Position numbers and translations under genes: made by a program. A stretch of DNA of 48,262 nt from an uncultured Acidimicrobiales bacterium (GTDB lineage Bacteria; Actinomycetota; Acidimicrobiia; Acidimicrobiales; UBA10347): the NCBI GenBank assembly GCA_938015575.1, contig CALLPT010000100.1, forward strand, positions 1-48,262. Direction: 5' to 3'. Shown in pieces: positions 41,885 to 48,262 of this stretch (positions are counted from its first letter, which is position 1; the number at the start of each line of letters is the position of its first letter). A model generated the notes under the pieces. That model made no database searches and had not been told where the DNA came from. It saw only the letters and a list, made by a program, of their open reading frames with translations.

Positions 41885-43045
41885 GTGGCACTCGTCGAGG
41901 CGAAGAGTGGGTTGCGGACGCGGCGTAGTGTCTGCAACGTGGGAGAGGAACCGACGATCGAGCTCGACCCGAAGTCGGCGGTCCTACATCTGAGTTGTGG
42001 TGGTGAGCAGCTTGCGCTCCCCGCAGCGTGGATGCGGCTCCACTGCCCGTGCGAAGTGTGCATGCTGCCGGCCCTGGGCGAACGACGAGTGATGCTCGGC
42101 GATGCCCAAGATCGAACCTTTGCATCGGCGATGTGGGATGGCGCGATCTGCCAGGTCGTATGGCAGTCCGGGCATGTGTCTCGGTACCCGCCGGCCTTGC
42201 TCCAGGAATTGGTCGCCGCGCCGCAGCGCCGGCGCAGCGTGGCACAGCGCTGGGACAGTGCTCAGGTGCTGCCGGTGGTCGAAGCGCCAATGCTGTTCGC
42301 TGACGAGTCGGCTCGCCTCGACGCGATGCGTGCGCTGCGCGACTTCGGCGTGCTGCGAGTCCGTGGCTTGGACGTTGACGACGAGGCCACCGTTCGGTTC
42401 ATGCGTGACCTGCGCCTTCCGATCTGGGAGGGTCCGTTCGGCGTGACCGTCGATGCCAAGCTCGTGGCCGAACCGTTCAATGTGTCGGAGTCGTCCGAGG
42501 CGCTGCCGATGCATACCGACCTGGCCGGCTATGCGTGGCCGCCCAGCGGGCAGTTCCTGCACATGCTGTCCAACGAGGCAACCGGCGGAGACTCGGTCGT
42601 CGTCGATGGATTTCAGGTGTTGGACCACCTGCGCGAAGAAGCGCCGGAGGCCTTCGATCTGCTGTCCGAAGTAGAGGTAGCGCATCGCTTGTTTTCGCCC
42701 GATCGCGAAACCTATGGGCGCGCACCGCTCGTGCGCCTTGGCCTTGACGGTTCAGTGATCGGGATCCGGTTCAGCAATCAAACGCTGGAGCCCTTGCCCC
42801 TCGAAGAGCCTCGGATCGGGGCCTGGTACGAGGCGTACGCGGAGCTCACGCAGCGGCTCCATGACGAGCGCTACACGGTGAGCTTCCGCCTCGAGGCCGG
42901 CGACGCGTATCTGATCCACTCGCATCGCGTGCTGCATGGTCGCAGCGCCTTTGATGCCGCGGGTATCCGGCACCTGCGCGACGCGTACTTCGAATTCGAC
43001 AATCTGCTCGGTCTCATCGATCTCATGGAAGGCGTCGCTCGCTAA
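41885..43045 (+). CDS. Gamma-butyrobetaine hydroxylase-like Fe(II)/2-oxoglutarate dioxygenase (DUF971 N-domain plus TauD/TfdA fold)
   Basis: The N-terminal Zn-ribbon-like motif LHCPCEVC ... WQSGHVSRYP matches the GBBH/TMLH N-domain. The catalytic facial triad is PMHTDLA (HxD) ... HRVLHGR. The start is uncertain: GTG 41885 lies only 17 nt from the divergent gene, and the in-frame GTG 41939 is the alternative. Confidence 0.8.
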   Translation: MALVEAKSGLRTRRSVCNVGEEPTIELDPKSAVLHLSCGGEQLALPAAWMRLHCPCEVCMLPALGERRVMLGDAQDRTFASAMWDGAICQVVWQSGHVSRYPPALLQELVAAPQRRRSVAQRWDSAQVLPVVEAPMLFADESARLDAMRALRDFGVLRVRGLDVDDEATVRFMRDLRLPIWEGPFGVTVDAKLVAEPFNVSESSEALPMHTDLAGYAWPPSGQFLHMLSNEATGGDSVVVDGFQVLDHLREEAPEAFDLLSEVEVAHRLFSPDRETYGRAPLVRLGLDGSVIGIRFSNQTLEPLPLEEPRIGAWYEAYAELTQRLHDERYTVSFRLEAGDAYLIHSHRVLHGRSAFDAAGIRHLRDAYFEFDNLLGLIDLMEGVAR

Positions 43046-43968
43046 TGGCTGAAAACGTGGTCCCCGATGGGTTGTTGCAGACGGCCTTCAACGATCTCGA
43101 CACGCAAGGGTTCTGTGTCATCCCCGACGTGCTCGACTCCATCGAGGTAGCGGCGGTGCGGGAGCGCTTGCTCCACCAGGCCGAGGCTGAGCGAGCCGCC
43201 GCCCTTGACCACGAATACCCGGCAGAGGCCGAAGGTGACGACATCAACCAGTGGGTGTATCAGCTGGTGAACAAGGGCGAAGCGCTTCGACGCCTGCCGC
43301 TGCACGAGACGGCGGCGGCGCTCGCTGGTCACATCCTCGGACGCGAGTATCTGCTGTCGTCGATGGATGCACACATCACGTATCCAGGCAACCTTCTCAT
43401 GCCGCTGCATGCGGATCAGTGGTGGATGCCGCCGCCCCAAGTCCGCGTCGGGGAGTACGTGCGCCAGGGAGACATCACCCGGTCTGGCGGTCCGATCGGG
43501 GATCCGACGCCGTCGCCGGAACCAATCACGGGACCACTCATCATCAACGTCATGTGGATGATCACCGACTTCACCGTCGACAATGGTGCGACGCGCTTTG
43601 TACCCGGAAGCCATCTGAGCGGCCGGCGCCCGGACCCGACCCGCGGCTACGACGAGGTCGTGGCCGAAGGGAGCGCGGGATCCATCGTTGCGTGGGACGG
43701 GCGAACGTGGCATGGCGCGGGTCTGAACGTGACCGACGCGCCGCGGGCCGGGTTGACCACCTATTTCTGTGGCCCGATGGTGCGCCAGCTGAGCAACGGG
43801 GTCTATGGACTCCGCTCCGATTTACGCGACGAACTGAGCGACGAGCTGCTGGCGCTGCTCGGGTTCAAGCCCTTCTCGAGCTACGGCATGACCGATGATC
43901 CCTCTGACGCACTGGTCCGCCCCGGTGATCAGACCGCCGCCATGATGGGCGCGGATCTCGACAGCTGA
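43045..43968 (+). CDS. Phytanoyl-CoA dioxygenase (PhyH) family Fe(II)/2-oxoglutarate oxygenase
   Basis: The ATG overlaps the upstream stop (TAATG at 43043-43047). Motifs: GFCVIPDVL, PLHADQ (HxD), TRFVPGSH, WHGAG (distal His), and an Arg in the PRAGL region. Confidence 0.8.
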   Translation: MAENVVPDGLLQTAFNDLDTQGFCVIPDVLDSIEVAAVRERLLHQAEAERAAALDHEYPAEAEGDDINQWVYQLVNKGEALRRLPLHETAAALAGHILGREYLLSSMDAHITYPGNLLMPLHADQWWMPPPQVRVGEYVRQGDITRSGGPIGDPTPSPEPITGPLIINVMWMITDFTVDNGATRFVPGSHLSGRRPDPTRGYDEVVAEGSAGSIVAWDGRTWHGAGLNVTDAPRAGLTTYFCGPMVRQLSNGVYGLRSDLRDELSDELLALLGFKPFSSYGMTDDPSDALVRPGDQTAAMMGADLDS

Positions 43969-44019
43969 TATCCAGCCATCCTGCGTCGATCGCTGCGTTC
44001 CCCCGCAGGTCCCGTTCCG

Positions 44020-45249
44020 TCAGAGCAGGTCACCACCGCAAGCTGCCGCCGTCGTGCCGTCGCGTTCGAAGGCCTTGATCACATTACGCCCGGTGCGCCA
44101 CTTGTGGACCTCGTCGGGTCCATCGACGAGTCGCTGGCTTCGGATCGAGGTGTACCAGTCCGCTAGCGGGGTGTCGCGGCTGTAGCCCAGGGCGCCGTGC
44201 AGCTGAAGCGCGGTGTCGACAACCTTGTGCACCATGTTGGCCAGGAACACCTTGGCGATGCCGTTCTCTTGGCGGATGTCCATGCCCTTCTCGGCCTTGT
44301 AGGCGATGTGGAGCAGCATCAGTCGAGCCATGTAGAGCTCGCTGGCGCACTCGGCCAGCATCCACTGCACGCCCTGTCGATCCGCGACGCGCACGCCGAA
44401 GCTCGTGCGGCTCAGCACATGCTCGGTCGCCAGGTCGAGTGCTCGCTGGGCGCGGGCCACGTTGTGCATGCCGTGGCGCAGGCGGCCATAGGCCAGGCGG
44501 TGCTGGCCCATGTCGAAGCCGCCGCCTCGACCTCCCAAGATGTTCTCTTGGGGCACGACGAGGTTGTTGATCTTGACCTCGGCATGCGTGGCGCCGAGCG
44601 AGTCGGTGATCTCGTCGTGGTAACCCATCACGTCGATGTTGCGCACGATCTCGTAGCCGGGGTTCGGCAGCTCGACGATGAACGCACTGAACTGGCGGTG
44701 GCGTTCCGCATCGGGGTCGGTCTTGGCGATGACAACGGCCAGATCGGCGACCGAGGCTGACGAGCTGAACCACTTCTCACCATTGAGCACGTAATGGTCG
44801 CCGTCGAGCTCGGCGGTGGTCTGCAATCCAGTGGCGTCGGCGCCGCCTGGTTCTTTCTCCGTCATCGAGTAGCAGATCCGCATCTCGCCGTTCAGCAGGG
44901 GCTTGAGGTACTTGTCCCTTTGGTAGTCGGTGCCGAGTTGGAGCAGCGACAGCATCGTGGCGTCGTCGGGACCTTGCGTGTTGAGAGCGAGGGCGCCCAG
45001 CCGGCTTTCGCCCAGCTCCATTTGGACGAGCGCGTTCGCAAGCGGTCCGAGACCCATGCCGCCGTGCTCGGTCGGGATGAACGGACACCACAGGCCCTCG
45101 GCGCGAGCCTTGGTGCGCAACTCGCCGAGAATGTCGTCGAGCGGCCGGTTGCCGAGATCCGCTTCGGCCGGAATGCAGTGGTCGTGCACAAACTCGCGGA
45201 CTTTGGCGCGAATTGCCTTGGCGTCGTCAGGAATCTCGAAGTCGATCAT
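44020..45249 (-). CDS. Acyl-CoA dehydrogenase
   Basis: 409 aa. ACAD signature 1 is YSMTEKEPGGADATG. Signature 2 is QLHGALGYSRDTPLADWYTSIR. An N-terminal helical domain, a middle beta domain and a C-terminal helical domain are recognisable. Confidence 0.85.
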   Translation of the reverse strand: MIDFEIPDDAKAIRAKVREFVHDHCIPAEADLGNRPLDDILGELRTKARAEGLWCPFIPTEHGGMGLGPLANALVQMELGESRLGALALNTQGPDDATMLSLLQLGTDYQRDKYLKPLLNGEMRICYSMTEKEPGGADATGLQTTAELDGDHYVLNGEKWFSSSASVADLAVVIAKTDPDAERHRQFSAFIVELPNPGYEIVRNIDVMGYHDEITDSLGATHAEVKINNLVVPQENILGGRGGGFDMGQHRLAYGRLRHGMHNVARAQRALDLATEHVLSRTSFGVRVADRQGVQWMLAECASELYMARLMLLHIAYKAEKGMDIRQENGIAKVFLANMVHKVVDTALQLHGALGYSRDTPLADWYTSIRSQRLVDGPDEVHKWRTGRNVIKAFERDGTTAAACGGDLL

Positions 45250-45346
45250 GGTGCCTTGTTAGCCCCCGGTGCGCTCGTGGTCCAAGAACGCGGCCCGAGG
45301 GTTTGGTCTGTTGGTCTCGACTTAGCGGAGCCGAGGCCCAAAACAT

Positions 45347-45367
45347 TCAACCTCAAGTTGAGGTTGA
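45347..45367. promoter_or_regulatory. Perfect 21-bp palindrome (10-bp arms, 1-nt centre) in the divergent intergenic region; candidate operator
   Basis: Direct reading: tcaacctcaa-g-ttgaggttga. It is the most AT-rich spot of the 264-bp gap between the ACAD start (45249, minus) and the surface-protein start (45484 or 45514, plus). A 1-nt centre is too small for a stable RNA hairpin loop, which favours a dimeric DNA-binding site. Confidence 0.4.
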
Positions 45368-45513
45368 GATTCATCCCGTCGTTGGGGTATGGGTTTTCGT
45401 AGGTCATCTCCTCATGGTCCGGACAATGTGGCCGAACAGTCACGAGAAGAACTGTTCGGGGGCGGCGGCCCGACAGCAACCGCATGACTCTCCCGAACCA
45501 AAGTGACCATCCA

Positions 45514-48262
45514 ATGAAGCGAGTACAACGAACGAGTGGCCACGCCACTTCGCACCGGCGCCGTTCACGCAGAACTCTTCTCGCGATCACCGTGCTGCTG
45601 GGGATGTGCAGCAGCCTGCTGGCAACCGTCGACGCCGTGGTGCGTTCGGCCCCAGCATCGGCCGAGGTCCCGCTGACGACCAGGTACAGCGCTGACATCA
45701 TCGGCGATGTTCTTATGACCGGCAACGCCACCCTCACTTGCCCTTCGACTGACTCGGTATGCATTGCGGCGTTAGCCGACGGGTCGGCCAACGGCAATGC
45801 CCGGGACATGCAATACATCGATATCGACGGCGATCCCGCGACCTTCCAGTCGAGCTCCGCCGGCGTTCAGCTTCCCGCAGGAGCGACCGTCGAGTTCGCT
45901 GGCCTCTACTGGGCGGGAACCACCGAGGCGGCCGGCGGCGATCCCGTCCCGGATGCCGGCGCCTTGAACCAGGTGTTGCTGGACTCGCCGGCAGCGGGTG
46001 GCTATGTCCCGATCGTGGGCAGCATCTTGAGCACCTCGACGTTGAACGACGACAGCTACGGCGCGTTCGCTGATGTCACGTCGGCGGTCGCTGGCGCAGG
46101 TTCGGGCACCTATACCGTCGCAAATGTTCAAACGACGAGTGGGCCAGGCAGCACGGGGTCGTGGGGCTCTTGGGCGATCGTTGTCGTCTACACCGACCCC
46201 TCGAGTCTGTATCGACGCGTACAGATCTGGGACGGCTACCAGGTTGCGTTCTTCGAAGATCTGACGTTCACCGTCGATGGAATCACAACCCCGTCAGTTG
46301 GACCGGTCGCTGCTGACATCGGTGTCTACGCCGGTGATGGCGAACCCGACATCGGCCCCGACAATCTGATCGTCAACGGCACGACGATCTCGGAACCACC
46401 GCTCAACCCTGCGGACTCCTTCTTCAATTCGACGGTGTCGCGCTATGGCGTGAACATCACCGACCGCAATCCCAACACCACCTATTCGTTGGTGTCGGAC
46501 ATCGACACCATCAATGCAGACGGTGTGATTGCGCCGGGCTCGACCGGCTTCGATGTAACCATCAACAGCAACGAAGGCATCTGGCCCGTGATGTTGTGGG
46601 CCTCGGTCGAGATCGACGCGATGCCGGACATCCAGGTCGTCAAGTCCGGGCCGAGTAGTGGGATGGCCGGTGACCCAGTCACGTTCTCGTTCGCCATCAG
46701 TCACACCGGCGCAAGCGACGGCAGCCCGGTTTCCATCACCGGCGTGACCGACGATGTCGCAGGCGCCGCGACGTATCTGTCCGGTGACGACGGAAACACC
46801 TTGCTGGATGCTGGCGAGACCTGGCTCTACGAAGCGAACTACACGCTGCAGACCGGCGACGCTCCAAGCGTGACCAACACCGTCACCGTGGACTATCGCG
46901 AAGGAGACGGCGATATCGGTGTCGTCGACGACAATCACGTCACGACGGTGATTCTTCCGTCGACGATCTCGGGCACCGTCTTCGTTGACAACGACGGCAG
47001 CGGCGATCAGCAGCTGAGCGAGCCCGGTATCGGGGGAGTGCTCATCACGCTGACGGGCACAGACGATCTGGGGAACCCGGTCCTGCTGACCACGAACACC
47101 TTGGCCGACGGCTCGTACAGCTTTGGTGACCTGCGCCCAGGTACCTACACCATCGCTGAGAGCCAGCCGGACCCGTATCTCGATGGCGCCGAGACGGCCG
47201 GGACCGCCGGCGGAACCAACGCGTCGAATGACGAGATCTCGGGCATCGTGCTCACCTCTGGCACAACGGCGACCGGCTACACATTTGCGGAGATCCCCCC
47301 GGCGCCGAGTTGGACGTTGGTGAAGTCGACGGTGTCGACGCCGACGCAGGCTGGTGACGCGCTCACCTACAGCTTCGAGGTTGACAACACGGGCACGCTT
47401 TCGATCAGTGACGTTGTGGTGTCCGATGCCAAGTGTGCTTCGACGCCGGTGCTCGCCTCGGGCGATACCAATGGCGACGACATTCTCGACACCACCGAAA
47501 CCTGGACCTTCACCTGTACGTCGATCGCGGTCACGCAGGCCGAAGTTGATGCTGGTCAGGTCGACAACACCGCAACCGTGAGCGGTACGCCAGCGGGCGG
47601 GACCCTGGTGGACCAGACCGACGATGTTTCGGTGCCGATCACGCCAGCGCCGAGTTGGACGCTGGTGAAGTCCACCGCCTCGGCGCCTACGGGCGTGGGG
47701 GACACCTTGGACTACAGCTTTGTGGTTGATAACACGGGCAATGTTTCGATCAGTGCGGTGACGCTGGCTGATGCGAAGTGTGCTTCGACGCCGGTGTTGG
47801 CCGCTGGCGATACTGACGGCGACAGCGTCCTCGATGTGACTGAGACGTGGACGTTTACGTGTACGTCGATCGAAGTCACGCAGGCTGAGGTTGATGCTGG
47901 TCAGGTTGACAACACCGCAACGGTGAGTGGCACGCCTGCAGGCGGGACGCTCGCGGATGCCACCGATGATGTTTCGGTGCCGATTACGCCAGCGCCGGGT
48001 TGGACGCTGGTGAAGTCCACCGCCTCAGCACCAACGCAGGCTGGTGACACGCTCACGTACAGCTTCGAGGTTGCTAACACCGGCAATGTTTCGATCAGTG
48101 CGGTGACGCTGTCTGATGCGAAGTGTGCTTCGACGCCGGTACTGGCCTCTGGCGATACCGACGGCGACGATGTTCTTGATGTGACCGAAACCTGGACGTT
48201 TACGTGCACGTCGAGTGGTGTTACGCAGGCTGAGGTTGATGCTGGTCAGGTTGACAACACCG
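45514..48262 (+). CDS. Large secreted/cell-surface repeat protein, 5' part only: signal peptide, about 350-aa N-domain, DUF11-like domain, SdrD-B/Cna-B-like domain and 115-aa tandem repeats. It runs off the window end.
   Basis: Absent from the ORF track because it has no stop in the window. My translation is MKRVQRTSGHATSHRRRSRRTLLAITVLLGMCSSLLATVDAVVRSAPASAEV... (possibly Tat-type RR signal). Then come ...YWAGT...SWGSWAIVVVYTDP..., IQVVKSGPSSGMAGDPVTFSFAISHTG...GDDGNTLLDAGETWLY (DUF11-type) and ISGTVFVDNDGSGDQQLSEPGIGGVLITLTG...ADGSYSFGDLRPGTYTI (SdrD B-like). Repeats of the form WTLVKST.S.PTQAGD.LTYSFEV.NTGN.SIS.V...DAKCASTPVL.SGDT.GD..LD.TETWTFTCTS..VTQAEVDAGQVDNTATVSG follow. The in-frame ATG 45484 is an alternative start, and the frame is open from 45403. 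Confidence 0.75.
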   Translation, partial: MKRVQRTSGHATSHRRRSRRTLLAITVLLGMCSSLLATVDAVVRSAPASAEVPLTTRYSADIIGDVLMTGNATLTCPSTDSVCIAALADGSANGNARDMQYIDIDGDPATFQSSSAGVQLPAGATVEFAGLYWAGTTEAAGGDPVPDAGALNQVLLDSPAAGGYVPIVGSILSTSTLNDDSYGAFADVTSAVAGAGSGTYTVANVQTTSGPGSTGSWGSWAIVVVYTDPSSLYRRVQIWDGYQVAFFEDLTFTVDGITTPSVGPVAADIGVYAGDGEPDIGPDNLIVNGTTISEPPLNPADSFFNSTVSRYGVNITDRNPNTTYSLVSDIDTINADGVIAPGSTGFDVTINSNEGIWPVMLWASVEIDAMPDIQVVKSGPSSGMAGDPVTFSFAISHTGASDGSPVSITGVTDDVAGAATYLSGDDGNTLLDAGETWLYEANYTLQTGDAPSVTNTVTVDYREGDGDIGVVDDNHVTTVILPSTISGTVFVDNDGSGDQQLSEPGIGGVLITLTGTDDLGNPVLLTTNTLADGSYSFGDLRPGTYTIAESQPDPYLDGAETAGTAGGTNASNDEISGIVLTSGTTATGYTFAEIPPAPSWTLVKSTVSTPTQAGDALTYSFEVDNTGTLSISDVVVSDAKCASTPVLASGDTNGDDILDTTETWTFTCTSIAVTQAEVDAGQVDNTATVSGTPAGGTLVDQTDDVSVPITPAPSWTLVKSTASAPTGVGDTLDYSFVVDNTGNVSISAVTLADAKCASTPVLAAGDTDGDSVLDVTETWTFTCTSIEVTQAEVDAGQVDNTATVSGTPAGGTLADATDDVSVPITPAPGWTLVKSTASAPTQAGDTLTYSFEVANTGNVSISAVTLSDAKCASTPVLASGDTDGDDVLDVTETWTFTCTSSGVTQAEVDAGQVDNT
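47308..48262 (+). repeat. 345-bp tandem repeat (2.8 copies in the window, continuing beyond the end) inside the surface-protein gene
   Basis: The repeat landmark (a/g)gttggacg(t/c)tggtgaagtc occurs at 47308, 47653 and 47998, spaced exactly 345 bp (115 codons) apart. By eye the copies are about 85-90% identical at protein level. Confidence 0.9.

Noticed and set aside
45246-45818. 190-aa minus-strand ORF spanning the ACAD/surface-protein intergenic region, including a GAGGAG-ATG at about 45404-45415
   Set aside because: Its 5' half is antisense to the signal-peptide region of the surface-protein gene. The internal ATG is directly abutted by the SD-like hexamer with no spacer. The peptide (MTYENPYPNDGMNLNLNLRL...) crosses the 21-bp palindrome and looks non-coding. 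I treat the region as regulatory DNA.
47308-48262. Regularly spaced repeats that could superficially suggest a CRISPR array or satellite
   Set aside because: The period is 345 bp with no short repeat/spacer alternation. The whole region is one open reading frame encoding a 115-aa domain repeat. It is coding tandem duplication, not CRISPR.
1-48262. Searched for mobile elements, prophage remnants, tRNA/rRNA genes and toxin-antitoxin or defence islands
   Set aside because: I found no transposase, integrase or recombinase-like ORFs, no inverted terminal repeats flanking a gene block, no tRNA-sized structured gaps and no obvious compositional island. The only defence-flavoured gene is the orphan TOPRIM protein, which lacks partners.

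Overview
High-GC, very gene-dense segment: about 35 protein-coding genes, one candidate small RNA and almost no non-coding DNA. It reads as core or metabolic chromosome of an actinobacterium. That placement is inference from the GC3-rich codon usage, the protein families and a 6C-type sRNA candidate; a marine Acidimicrobiia-like lineage is only a guess. I saw no rRNA, tRNA, CRISPR array, transposase, integrase or phage genes, and no clear transcription-factor gene.

Gene content, left to right:
- 1-531 (-): partial beta-propeller lipoprotein.
- 623-15460 (+): a long co-directional run. It holds a membrane protein, a hemolysin-III/PAQR protein, an orphan OLD-type TOPRIM protein, an MFS transporter, a YHYH lipoprotein, a type I Baeyer-Villiger monooxygenase, a single-chain BC-BCCP-CT acyl-CoA carboxylase, an M20D amidohydrolase, another membrane protein and a GH3 beta-glucosidase with a PA14 insert.
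- 15482-21514: class II aldolase, a small membrane protein, the 6C-like sRNA candidate, a class A PBP with an unusual Cys/DTNGDG C-terminal repeat tail, a COG1579 zinc-ribbon coiled-coil protein, a membrane protein and a histidine phosphatase.
- 21525-26430 (-): two tandem paralogous genes encoding a Wzz/CpsC-like two-TM hairpin, a long disordered linker and about 400 aa of coiled coil. No capsule or kinase genes are nearby. This is my best candidate for something undescribed.
- 26516-33206: crotonase, a fused hydantoinase/oxoprolinase (HyuA-HyuB), an SRPBCC protein and a HemL-like class III aminotransferase.
- 33228-41331: GH2 hydrolase, Zn-ADH, a 49-aa ORF, GAF-GGDEF-EAL, two hypothetical proteins and an MFS transporter.
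- 41379-45249: PPOX-like protein, a translationally coupled pair of Fe(II)/2OG dioxygenases (GBBH-like and PhyH-like) and an acyl-CoA dehydrogenase.
- 45514-48262 (+): a large secreted repeat protein, not in the ORF track because it runs off the window end. It ends in 345-bp (115-aa) tandem repeats.

Many long ORFs in the supplied track are antisense or out-of-frame artefacts typical of high-GC DNA and were rejected. All family assignments come from motif recognition by eye. No database search was run.
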